A stretch of DNA of 64,000 bases, taken from NCBI GenBank assembly GCA_041907665.1, contig JAYRGW010000001.1, positions 93,915 through 157,914 of the forward strand, given 5' to 3'. The notes below the pieces were generated by a model. The model ran no database searches and was not told where the DNA came from. It saw only the letters and a program-made list of their open reading frames with translations. Origin of the DNA: Bacteroidaceae bacterium (GTDB lineage Bacteria; Bacteroidota; Bacteroidia; Bacteroidales; Bacteroidaceae). The translations under genes were made by a program, and so were the position numbers. Below are positions 11,242 to 20,229 of this stretch, piece after piece. Every line of letters starts with the position of its first letter. Position 1 is the stretch's first letter.

Positions 11242-12903
11242 ATGGATTATATGAAAAAGTATTTGTGCTTTGCGCTTTTCTTATGCTTGCCCTCTTTTTG
11301 CTTTTCTCAACTAAATCTTTCGCAAGTATTGAATCAGCTAGATAAAGTTATTCTTGATAGACAGCAAATAACAAGTCTGAAACTTGATAGTATTCAGAAA
11401 TTGAAAGAACAGTTTAGATACACTCGAAGTGCCTTACAAAAGTATCAATTGTCAGATAAAATATATAAGGCTTATAGCAAATTTGAAACAGATTCGGCGG
11501 GAGCTTATGCTCGATATAAACTGGCATTAGCTTATGAAATGAATAATTTGCCATGTATTGAATATGCTAAACTGAATATTGCAGAAGTATATCATATTCA
11601 GGGCATGTATATAGAGGCTTTGAAAACTGTAGGTGATGTGAAAAAAAAGTTCTTGGATAAAGCCGGTCTGAAATACTATTTTAATATATATCGTACTCTC
11701 TATGGATATATGGCAGACTATGCATCCGATAAAACTTGTAAACGTCTTTATACTGATAAAACAGATGTTTATAGAGATTCTTTATTGGCTGTCCAAAATA
11801 GAGGATCGTTTAATGAAGTTATTGTTAAAACAGACGGTCTCTTGCGTAGAGGATATTATAGGGAAACACTTGCTTTATTATCTCCCTGGTTCCATAAGAG
11901 TGATCTTGATATGATGCGTTCGCTTTGTTATACATTTGCAATGGCCTATCGCCAAGCGGGAGATACGGAGAAAGAAGAATATTATTTTGCTCTTTCGGCA
12001 ATCGCCGATTTGAAAACAGGTACCAAGGAATATTTATCTTTATTGGAATTATCGAAGATCTTATTCAAAAAGGGAGATTTGGATAGAGCTTATGCTTATA
12101 TGAAAACGACAATGGAGGATGCTGCTTTTTGTAATGCCCGACTTCGTACTATTGAAGCTTCTGAGATTTATCCAATAGTAGTAAAAGCATATCAGCATAA
12201 ACTAAAGAAGAAAGAGCTGCAGCGCACTTTAGCTCTTTCGTGTGTAAGTCTTTTAGCTGTTCTTTTATCTGTATTGTTATTTTTCTTGAATAAGCAGAAG
12301 AATAAACTGAACATATCCCGAAAGGATCTTATAAATCTTAACGAGGCTTTAAAATCATCTAACGTCGCATTGAAGGAGTCCAATGACGCTTTGATGATAT
12401 CTAATTCTTCGCTTGTTGAAGCGAATTATATAAAGGAGGCAAGCGTCAGCCAATATATGGAACTATGTTCTCTCTATATTCAGAAGATGGGAGAATATCA
12501 GCATTCGTTAATTCGGATTGCTTCTAATGAAAAAATAGAGGCTCTTTATCAAGCATTGAAGTCTTCTTCTTTTATTGATAAAGAACTGAAAGACTTTTAT
12601 TCTCATTTTGACAGAACATTCTTGCAATTGTTTCCTACTTTCGTCGATGATTTCAATAATCTTCTTGTTCCCGAAGGGAAAGTTCATCCCAAAGTAAAAG
12701 GACAACTCAACGTTGAATTACGCATCTTTGCATTAATTCGGTTAGGTATCTCTGACAGTGCAAAGATTGCAAGCTTTCTTAGATATTCTATTATTACGAT
12801 TTATAATTATAGAGTAAAAATAAGGAATGCGGCAAAAGGCGATCGTAATTTGCTTGAAAAAGAAGTAATGAACATTGGCTGTTTTAAGAATACCACAGAT
12901 TAG
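11242..12903 (+). CDS. Membrane-anchored TPR-sensor/HTH transcriptional regulator (DUF6377-type), paralogue 2
   Basis: Same architecture as 7806-9434. The track ORF begins at a TTG (11236). The ATG candidates are 11242 (MDYMKK) and 11251 (MKKYLCFALFLCLPSFCFSQ signal peptide). The HTH segment differs from paralogue 1 at 3 of about 50 residues. Confidence 0.75.
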   Translation: MDYMKKYLCFALFLCLPSFCFSQLNLSQVLNQLDKVILDRQQITSLKLDSIQKLKEQFRYTRSALQKYQLSDKIYKAYSKFETDSAGAYARYKLALAYEMNNLPCIEYAKLNIAEVYHIQGMYIEALKTVGDVKKKFLDKAGLKYYFNIYRTLYGYMADYASDKTCKRLYTDKTDVYRDSLLAVQNRGSFNEVIVKTDGLLRRGYYRETLALLSPWFHKSDLDMMRSLCYTFAMAYRQAGDTEKEEYYFALSAIADLKTGTKEYLSLLELSKILFKKGDLDRAYAYMKTTMEDAAFCNARLRTIEASEIYPIVVKAYQHKLKKKELQRTLALSCVSLLAVLLSVLLFFLNKQKNKLNISRKDLINLNEALKSSNVALKESNDALMISNSSLVEANYIKEASVSQYMELCSLYIQKMGEYQHSLIRIASNEKIEALYQALKSSSFIDKELKDFYSHFDRTFLQLFPTFVDDFNNLLVPEGKVHPKVKGQLNVELRIFALIRLGISDSAKIASFLRYSIITIYNYRVKIRNAAKGDRNLLEKEVMNIGCFKNTTD

Positions 12904-12917
12904 TTCTTATTTGTTTA

Positions 12918-13037
12918 CTACTTATTTATTAATTACAATTAAGCTTAATAGCCTGTCTAATAGGTTGATTGTAATGGATATTTTACTACTTATTTAATAC
13001 ATGTCTTATTTTCTTATCTTATTTAAGACTACATTTG
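12918..13037 (+). promoter_or_regulatory. Predicted activator-dependent promoter/operator of the susC-susD-GH13 operon
   Basis: Distal box CTACTTATTT (12918-12927), proximal box CTACTTATTT (12986-12995) with starts 68 bp apart, and -7 box TACATTTG (13030-13037) starting 44 bp after the proximal box. No -33 TTTG is present. Confidence 0.55.
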
Positions 13038-13110
13038 AATTGAAAAACGGGCAATACCTTGACACTCGTTTTTATGAAAACATTTTGTTAACGATTAATA
13101 TTATTGAAAA

Positions 13111-16100
13111 ATGGAACAAAAAAAATTGTTACGACGAATTCTATTTGTTTGTATAGGATTTTTGTTTTCCGTCTGTGCTTTTGCACAGCAAATCACGGTT
13201 ACCGGTCATGTGAAAGATAATACTGGCGAACCGATTATTGGAGTAAATATTTCGATTCAGGGAACAAAAGTAGGAACAGTTACCGATATCAATGGTAATT
13301 ATGTTTTGAAGAATGTGGATCCGAATGCTAATTTACTGTTTACTTTTGTGGGCTATTCTACTAAGAATGTTGCTGTAGGAAATAAGAAAATAATAAATGT
13401 TGTTCTGTCAGAAGATTCGAAGGTCCTCAACGAAGTAATGGTCGTTGGTTATGCAATTGGCAGCAAACATACTGTATCTGGTTCTGTTGAGAACCTTAAA
13501 CATGAGGATATGAATAAAGGCGTTGTTACGAGTCCTCTTGAAGCATTGAAAGGTAAAATAGCAGGAGTCATTATAAGCCAGTCGGGCGGTGATCCAATGG
13601 GAACAGTAAATATTCGTATCCGCGGTACATCTTCTCTTTCTGGAGGAAACGAGCCATTGGTTATTATAGATGGTGTATTCGGTGATATGTCTATGTTGAA
13701 TGCGATAGCTCCAAATGATATTGCTTCTATGACCATATTGAAAGATGCATCAGAAACGGCTCAATATGGCTCTCGTGGTGCCGCAGGCGTTATAGTAGTT
13801 ACTACTGCCAAAGGCCATTCCAGTCAGAATTATACAAATATAGAATATAGTGGCCAATTTGGCGTAAATAGTGTATTCAAGAATTTAAAGATGCTTTCTG
13901 CCGATCAATATCGTTCTACAGCAAAATCGTTAGGTCTTTCTTTTACGGATATGAATGGCAATACTAATTGGCTGGACGAGATTGAACGTAGCAATGGCTT
14001 GACTCAGAATCATAACTTTTCTTTTACATCGGGTAGTGAATACTCAAACATGAGAGCATCTATTGGAGTTATAGAACGTCAAGGGGCTTTGAAGAATTCC
14101 GATATGACGAATTATACAGCCAAGTTCGATGCTACTCAATATGCATTCAATAAGAAATTAAAACTGGAACTTGGAGTCTTTGGCTCTCAGCGTGATGGTA
14201 ATATTCAGTATGATATGCAAAAGATGTTTTATTCGGCTGCAGCTTTTAATCCTACTTATCCGAACGTAAGAAACAGTAGTGGAACTTATGATGAGGACTT
14301 GTTAGCTAACGAAATCTATAATCCATTGGGACAATTGGAAATAACAAATAAGTATAGCGTAGCTTCGGTTAATGTTCACGGGCGTTTGACATATACAATT
14401 CTTCCTGGCTTGAATTTGAGCGGATTCGGATCTTATTCTTATAGAGATGCTCAAAACAAACGGTATATTCCAAACGATATCCGTCAAGGCAAATTGAATG
14501 GTAATGGATGGGCTTATATAGCCGATGATAATCATAAAGATTTGATGGGCAATATAGAGTTGAATTATACAAAAGATTTTGGTAAGCATCATATTGATGC
14601 ATTGGCTTTGATAGAAGGACAAGATTATAAAACGTTTACGTGGAGTACTCAAGCTAAAGGATTTGAAACAAATTACTTTAAATATAATAATTTGAAGGCT
14701 GGAGCCAATATTGCATGGGGTGACAACACTTCTTATTCTTCGGAATATAAGCTGATGTCATACATGGGTCGTATCAACTATATGTTTAACGATCGGTATA
14801 TTGTTACCGGTAATCTTCGTGCTGATGGATCTTCAAAATTAGGACAAGGTAACAAATGGGGGTACTTTCCATCAGCTTCGGCCGCATGGATTGTAAGTAG
14901 TGAATCCTTCTTTAAAGGGCTACTCCCTATTGTCAACAACTTTAAATTCCGTGTAGGCTATGGTGTTACCGGTAATCAGGATGCGATAGATCCTTATAAT
15001 TCATTGTCTTTAATGGAACCTAATGGAACAACGTTGGTCAACGGTAGTAAAACGACGACTTTTGCTGTTACTTCTAATAGTAATTCTGATTTGAAATGGG
15101 AAACTAAATATACGTTTGATGTCGGCGCCGATTTGTCTTTCTGGTCTAATAGGTATAATTTGACTGTAGATTACTATCGTTCAAAGACAAAGAATCTATT
15201 ATATAATTATACCGTACCTGTTCCTCCTTTTACTTATACTAGCCTATTGGCGAATGTTGGAGAAATGACTAATAATGGATTGGAGTTTGCTTTTAGTGGT
15301 GATATTGTTAAGGTGAAAGACTTTTCATTCAATGCTTCGATCAATTTTTCATATCAGAAGAATAAGTTAGTGTCTTTGCATGGCACATACAACGGGCAAG
15401 ATTTAACGACGAGCCAACATATTGCTGTTGCAAATATAAATGCAGCTGGCTTAACTCAGAACACCGGCGTAACATATTTGATGGAGGGGCAGCCCATAGG
15501 AGTCTTTTATTTGCCTCATTTCATTGGATTCAGTGATAAAAATCAGTACGAATTTCAAGACTTGAATGGTGATAAAACAATTGATACGGGCGATAGTGGT
15601 GACCGTCAGGTCTGCGGACAGTCATTACCTAAATATTATTTGTCCATGAATTATACCTTTAAGTATAAAAACTGGGACTTGACTACTCAGTTCAATGGTG
15701 CTTTTGGTCATAAGATTTATAATGGTACTTCTATGACATATAGTAATATGAGCTCTTTCCCTACTTATAATGTTCTGAAGAAAGCACTGAATGAGAATAG
15801 CGGTAAAGGTATTTATGATATACAAATCTCAGATTACTGGTTGCAAAAGGGAGATTATCTGAACTTTGAATATTTGCAATTGGGCTATACTTTTACACCT
15901 AAGCAACTTAAGGCACTTCATATTATAAATAATCTCCACGTAGGCTTCTCTGTCAATAATATTTGTACGTTTACCAGTTACAAGGGCTTGACTCCTATGA
16001 TAAATTCTGCCAGTTTGAGCCGGCAGAATGAAGGTACTACGACTTATGGTACAATGGGTGTGGATGATAAGCGTATTTATCCGTTGACGCGTACTTATAT

Positions 16101-16125
16101 GTTGTCATTATCCGTTAAATTCTAA
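13111..16125 (+). CDS. susC: SusC-like TonB-dependent outer-membrane transporter
   Basis: 1004 aa. It has a signal peptide, a carboxypeptidase-regulatory-like N-domain (ITVTGHVKDNTGEPIIGVNISIQGT), a plug, a large beta-barrel and a C-terminal aromatic residue (SVKF). A SusD gene follows directly. Confidence 0.9.
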   Translation: MEQKKLLRRILFVCIGFLFSVCAFAQQITVTGHVKDNTGEPIIGVNISIQGTKVGTVTDINGNYVLKNVDPNANLLFTFVGYSTKNVAVGNKKIINVVLSEDSKVLNEVMVVGYAIGSKHTVSGSVENLKHEDMNKGVVTSPLEALKGKIAGVIISQSGGDPMGTVNIRIRGTSSLSGGNEPLVIIDGVFGDMSMLNAIAPNDIASMTILKDASETAQYGSRGAAGVIVVTTAKGHSSQNYTNIEYSGQFGVNSVFKNLKMLSADQYRSTAKSLGLSFTDMNGNTNWLDEIERSNGLTQNHNFSFTSGSEYSNMRASIGVIERQGALKNSDMTNYTAKFDATQYAFNKKLKLELGVFGSQRDGNIQYDMQKMFYSAAAFNPTYPNVRNSSGTYDEDLLANEIYNPLGQLEITNKYSVASVNVHGRLTYTILPGLNLSGFGSYSYRDAQNKRYIPNDIRQGKLNGNGWAYIADDNHKDLMGNIELNYTKDFGKHHIDALALIEGQDYKTFTWSTQAKGFETNYFKYNNLKAGANIAWGDNTSYSSEYKLMSYMGRINYMFNDRYIVTGNLRADGSSKLGQGNKWGYFPSASAAWIVSSESFFKGLLPIVNNFKFRVGYGVTGNQDAIDPYNSLSLMEPNGTTLVNGSKTTTFAVTSNSNSDLKWETKYTFDVGADLSFWSNRYNLTVDYYRSKTKNLLYNYTVPVPPFTYTSLLANVGEMTNNGLEFAFSGDIVKVKDFSFNASINFSYQKNKLVSLHGTYNGQDLTTSQHIAVANINAAGLTQNTGVTYLMEGQPIGVFYLPHFIGFSDKNQYEFQDLNGDKTIDTGDSGDRQVCGQSLPKYYLSMNYTFKYKNWDLTTQFNGAFGHKIYNGTSMTYSNMSSFPTYNVLKKALNENSGKGIYDIQISDYWLQKGDYLNFEYLQLGYTFTPKQLKALHIINNLHVGFSVNNICTFTSYKGLTPMINSASLSRQNEGTTTYGTMGVDDKRIYPLTRTYMLSLSVKF

Positions 16126-16154
16126 TATCACACAATTATTAAAAGGAAGCAACA

Positions 16155-17882
16155 ATGAAAAAAATTATATTTGGCTGTTTATGTTTGATGAGTATGCTTA
16201 TTACGTCATGCTCGTTGGATGAAAATCCTGAAAGTAAGTTCAGTGAAGAAGAGGCTTATAAAACTTCTACATTGATTTATGTGAATACGGTAGCGAATAT
16301 CTATTCGGCTATTGGTAGTGGCATATATGGTGGTACAGACTGTATACATACACTTCAGGAGTTTACCTCTGATGCAACATTTCTTCCTGGTCGTCAAGGT
16401 GACTGGGTAGATGGTGGTAAGTGGCAGAATATGTTCCTGCATAACTTCAAATCGTCTGTTGACTTATATGCTACTGTTTGGAATCACTTGTATCAAATCA
16501 TAGGGCTATGCAATTCGTCAATTGATAAACTAACGGCATTGTCGGCTACCAATGAAGAGGCCAAACCTTATATTTACGAAGTCCGTACTCTCCGGGCTAT
16601 CTATTATTATTATGCAATGGATTTGTTTGCCGAAGTACCTCTTGTTACTTCAAGTACCGCTTCTATTTCGAGTGTCGCCCAATCTAAACGTCCCGAGGTC
16701 TTTGCCTTTGTGACAAAAGAATTGGCAGAATGTATTCCTAATCTTTCTGAAAGTGCTTCTCAGAAATCAGGTCTATATTATGGTAGAATAACAAAAGCTA
16801 TTGCTTATATGTGCATGGCTAAGTGTGCTCTTAATGCTGCCGTTTATAATATCGATGATGCGTCGGCAACTAGCTACCAATCGTTTGTTGGTGATGATCT
16901 GTCAGGAGCTTGTACTGCCAGCGAAACGTTGGGCGCAGCAGTTACTACTAAGGGGAGCGCTGTTAATATATCGCTTGACGGAACTACAAGAAATGCGTGG
17001 GAAACCGTTATTTATTGCGTGGATAAGTTAGCTTCGTTGGGTTATTCGCTGCAAGCCAAGTATGCTGATAACTTTGTTACTTCAAACAATTCTTCTGTAG
17101 AGAATATATTTACTCGTCCCAATGATGATGTGACTTACAAAATTGTAGATTACAATTTGATGCGTTCAATACACTACAATCATGCAGGAGCTATGGGATA
17201 CTCCGGTTGGAACGGTGCATGTTCTACTGTTCATCAAATGATCGTTTTGGGATATGGTACAGCAAACCAAGATCCTCGTGTTGCTATCAATTTCTATACG
17301 GGTACCGATTATACTGCCGATACCAATGGCAAATTAGTGAAAGACGGAGCTACGGATCAAGATCTTTCTTATGAACCGATGAAAGCGATTATTGATTTTA
17401 AAACCGGCTCGGATGCTCATGATGTTAAGTGTGCAGGGGCACGTTTTAAGAAATATCAATATGATACATCCAGCAGTATACAAGGTTGTATGAACAATGA
17501 TTTAGTTATCTGGCGTTATGGAGATGCACTCTTGATGAAGGCCGAAGCTGAATATCGGCTGGGCAATACAGCAGAGGCGCTGGACGAAATAAATCAGATT
17601 CGTAATCGTGTTGGCGCCATTCCTGCAACATCTGTTTCGCTCAATAGTATTTTAAATGAACGTATGGCAGAACTTTCATGGGAAGGTGTCAGACGGCAAG
17701 ACCAAATCCGCTTTTGTACCTTTACACAACCTACCGAAGATCGGTATGTCGGTGTATGGCACAATGCTTCGGCAGGCGATTATAATAACGATACGCAAGG
17801 ATATACTTGTGTTTATCCTATTCCTTATTCCGTTATTAATTTGAATAAAAACCTGAAGCAAAATCCCGGCTATAGTAATTGA
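16155..17882 (+). CDS. susD: SusD/RagB-family outer-membrane lipoprotein
   Basis: 575 aa. It has a lipoprotein signal (LMSMLITSC) and a SusD-like C-terminus (RNRVGA...ERMAELSWEGVRRQDQIRF). It starts 29 bp after susC. Confidence 0.9.
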   Translation: MKKIIFGCLCLMSMLITSCSLDENPESKFSEEEAYKTSTLIYVNTVANIYSAIGSGIYGGTDCIHTLQEFTSDATFLPGRQGDWVDGGKWQNMFLHNFKSSVDLYATVWNHLYQIIGLCNSSIDKLTALSATNEEAKPYIYEVRTLRAIYYYYAMDLFAEVPLVTSSTASISSVAQSKRPEVFAFVTKELAECIPNLSESASQKSGLYYGRITKAIAYMCMAKCALNAAVYNIDDASATSYQSFVGDDLSGACTASETLGAAVTTKGSAVNISLDGTTRNAWETVIYCVDKLASLGYSLQAKYADNFVTSNNSSVENIFTRPNDDVTYKIVDYNLMRSIHYNHAGAMGYSGWNGACSTVHQMIVLGYGTANQDPRVAINFYTGTDYTADTNGKLVKDGATDQDLSYEPMKAIIDFKTGSDAHDVKCAGARFKKYQYDTSSSIQGCMNNDLVIWRYGDALLMKAEAEYRLGNTAEALDEINQIRNRVGAIPATSVSLNSILNERMAELSWEGVRRQDQIRFCTFTQPTEDRYVGVWHNASAGDYNNDTQGYTCVYPIPYSVINLNKNLKQNPGYSN

Positions 17883-18014
17883 TATTAGATAGCAAATCGT
17901 TTAGAAGGAGAGACTGCGTGAATTTAATTTATTCAGTCTCTTTTTCTTAAAAGATGATAAAGCTATTGTGCTTCATCAATAAAATATAGATTTTTGTACA
18001 ATAAATTATTAGTA

Positions 18015-19760
18015 TGTATGTTTAGTAAAAGTTCTTTTCGAAAAGTTTTATTCGCTCTGTCGGTTGCATGTCTTATACCCGCATCGACTATGGCACAAAA
18101 GGGGCCTCAGTGGCTCAACAAAGCAGTGTTTTATCAAATATATCCATCTTCGTATATGGATACCGATGGCAATGGTATTGGCGATTTGCCCGGTATTATT
18201 TCTCGGTTGGATTATATTAAGTCTGTTGGCGTCAATGCTATCTGGCTGAATCCGATCTTTGAGTCGGGGTGGTTTGATGGAGGATACGATGTGATAGATT
18301 TCTACAAGGTAGATCCCCGCTTTGGTACGAATACGGATTTGGTGCAGTTGGTCAACGAAGCGCATAAACGTGGCATTAAAGTTTGTCTTGATTTAGTTGC
18401 AGGGCATACCAGTGATAAGTGCTCATGGTTTAAAGAATCGAGCGAAGCCGATCCCAACCAACGTTATAGCGATTATTATATATGGACCAATGAAATATCG
18501 CAGGCCGATAAGAATGAGATTGAAAAGCGGCATCAACAGCCCAATCCTCAGTCGAGCACTATTGGACGATATGTTGAAGCCGATGCTCCTCGTGCCAAAT
18601 ATTATGAAAAGAATTTTTTCGAATGCCAACCGGCATTGAACTACGGTTTTGCAACTCCAGATCCTGCTCATCCGTGGGAACAACCGGTCAATGCGCCCGG
18701 ACCTAGAGCTACTCGGCAAGAGTTGAAGAATATCATGTCGTTTTGGATGGATAAAGGTGTAGACGGTTTTAGGGTTGATATGGCTGCCAGTTTAGTCAAA
18801 AATGATCCGGATAAAAAAGAAACTATAAAATTGTGGAACGAAATGCGTAGCTGGATGAATAATAACTATCCGCAGTGCATATTGATTTCTGAGTGGTCTA
18901 ATCCTGCTCAGGCTATTCCCGCTGGATTTAATATCGATTTCTTCATACAGTTTGGCATTAAAGGTTATCCTTCGTTGTTCTTTGCAAAGAATACGCCGTG
19001 GGGAAAACGCAACAGTCATCCTTATTGCTATTTTGACAGATCGGGGAAAGGGGAACTCAAAGAATTTGTAGACAATTTCTCCGATGCTTATGGGCGGACT
19101 AAAGACTTGGGGTATATTGCTCTTCCATCGGCGAATCATGATTTCCAACGCCCCAACATTGGTACACGCAATTCTATCGACCAGCTCAAGGTGGCAATGA
19201 CTTTCTTCCTGTCTATGCCGGGCGTTCCTTTTATTTACTATGGCGACGAAATCGGGATGAAATACGAGATGGATCTTGCGAGTAAAGAGGGTAGTAATGA
19301 ACGTGCCGGTACGCGTACACCGATGCAATGGGACAATAATGCTACGGCAGGATTCTCGACATGCACTCCCGATAAACTTTACTTTCCGGTAGATACAGAT
19401 AATGGCAAGCTTACTGTTGCCACACAAGAGAAAGATAAAAATTCGTTGCTCAATTATGTTAGAAGTCTGATTCGCTTACGCCAATCATCTGAAGCATTGG
19501 GCAATGAGGGCGATTGGACTTTGGTGAGCGATGTAAATAAGCCTTACCCAATGGTTTATAAACGTAGTAAAGGCAATGAAACGTACATTGTAGCGTTAAA
19601 CCCGAGTGAAAAGAAAGTGGAGGCAGATATTGCATATCAAGGATCCAAATCGGCAAAAATCGTTTCTGTCACAGGTAAGGGGCATTATAATGTCAATAAG
19701 AACGGCAAGGATAAAGTGCTATTGAATGCTTTTTCGGCTATCATTGTCAGAGTAAATTAA
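18015..19760 (+). CDS. Secreted GH13 alpha-glucosidase/alpha-amylase-family enzyme
   Basis: The track ORF starts at a TTG (17994). The first ATG (18015) gives the signal peptide MFSKSSFRKVLFALSVACLIPASTMAQ. GH13 regions are FYQIYPSSYMDTDGNGIGDLPGI, DLVAGHTS, GVDGFRVDMA, LISEW and SANHDFQR. Confidence 0.85.
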   Translation, partial: CMFSKSSFRKVLFALSVACLIPASTMAQKGPQWLNKAVFYQIYPSSYMDTDGNGIGDLPGIISRLDYIKSVGVNAIWLNPIFESGWFDGGYDVIDFYKVDPRFGTNTDLVQLVNEAHKRGIKVCLDLVAGHTSDKCSWFKESSEADPNQRYSDYYIWTNEISQADKNEIEKRHQQPNPQSSTIGRYVEADAPRAKYYEKNFFECQPALNYGFATPDPAHPWEQPVNAPGPRATRQELKNIMSFWMDKGVDGFRVDMAASLVKNDPDKKETIKLWNEMRSWMNNNYPQCILISEWSNPAQAIPAGFNIDFFIQFGIKGYPSLFFAKNTPWGKRNSHPYCYFDRSGKGELKEFVDNFSDAYGRTKDLGYIALPSANHDFQRPNIGTRNSIDQLKVAMTFFLSMPGVPFIYYGDEIGMKYEMDLASKEGSNERAGTRTPMQWDNNATAGFSTCTPDKLYFPVDTDNGKLTVATQEKDKNSLLNYVRSLIRLRQSSEALGNEGDWTLVSDVNKPYPMVYKRSKGNETYIVALNPSEKKVEADIAYQGSKSAKIVSVTGKGHYNVNKNGKDKVLLNAFSAIIVRVN

Positions 19761-19952
19761 TAGGAAAACACTGTGATAAGGTTGTATACTCGTAAAAGTT
19801 GCTGAAAAAGAAACTTATGTTTGGATATGTGTCTAATTAGAATAACTACATTGGCGGTGTAGGCTTAGATATGGATTTTCAATCTTTTTCGCCCTTTACG
19901 ATCAACCTTTTTATTCAATCGTTTCAATGTTTTTCTACTTATCATTCATACG

Positions 19953-20040
19953 TTTGGTGGGCAGCAGACAATTGTATGCTGCCCACCAAATGATTGTCTG
20001 CTGCGCAGCAAACATTCGTTTGGTGCCCAGCAAACGAATG
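19953..20040. repeat. Cluster of three adjacent palindromes sharing the words CGTTTGGTG-SSC-AGCARACA
   Basis: TTTGGTGGGCAGCA (19953-19966) pairs with TGCTGCCCACCAAA (19977-19990) around ACAATTGT. TGTCTGCTGC/GCAGCAAACA lies at 19994-20013. CATTCGTTTG-gtgccca-GCAAACGAATG lies at 20013-20040. Confidence 0.6.
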
Positions 20041-20166
20041 GCGGCAATAGACGAAAATAATGATTGCTCTTTGCGCAGATGATGAAACGAACTGACTGCG
20101 AGGTCGTTGCTTACTTATCTACAGTCTGTTTCTTCGTTTTTTTATTATCTCTTGTGGCATGCGTTT

Positions 20167-20219
20167 AGATAGCGCCCCCTTTTTGCTCTATGAACAAAAA
20201 GGGGGCGCTATCTATTTTT
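20167..20219. terminator. Strong bidirectional rho-independent terminator
   Basis: There is a perfect 18-bp stem: AGATAGCGCCCCCTTTTT (20167-20184) with AAAAAGGGGGCGCTATCT (20196-20213), followed by ATTTTTG. It lies 10 bp beyond the GH95 stop, in the gap between convergent genes. Confidence 0.8.
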
Positions 20220-20229
20220 GTTTTAATCT

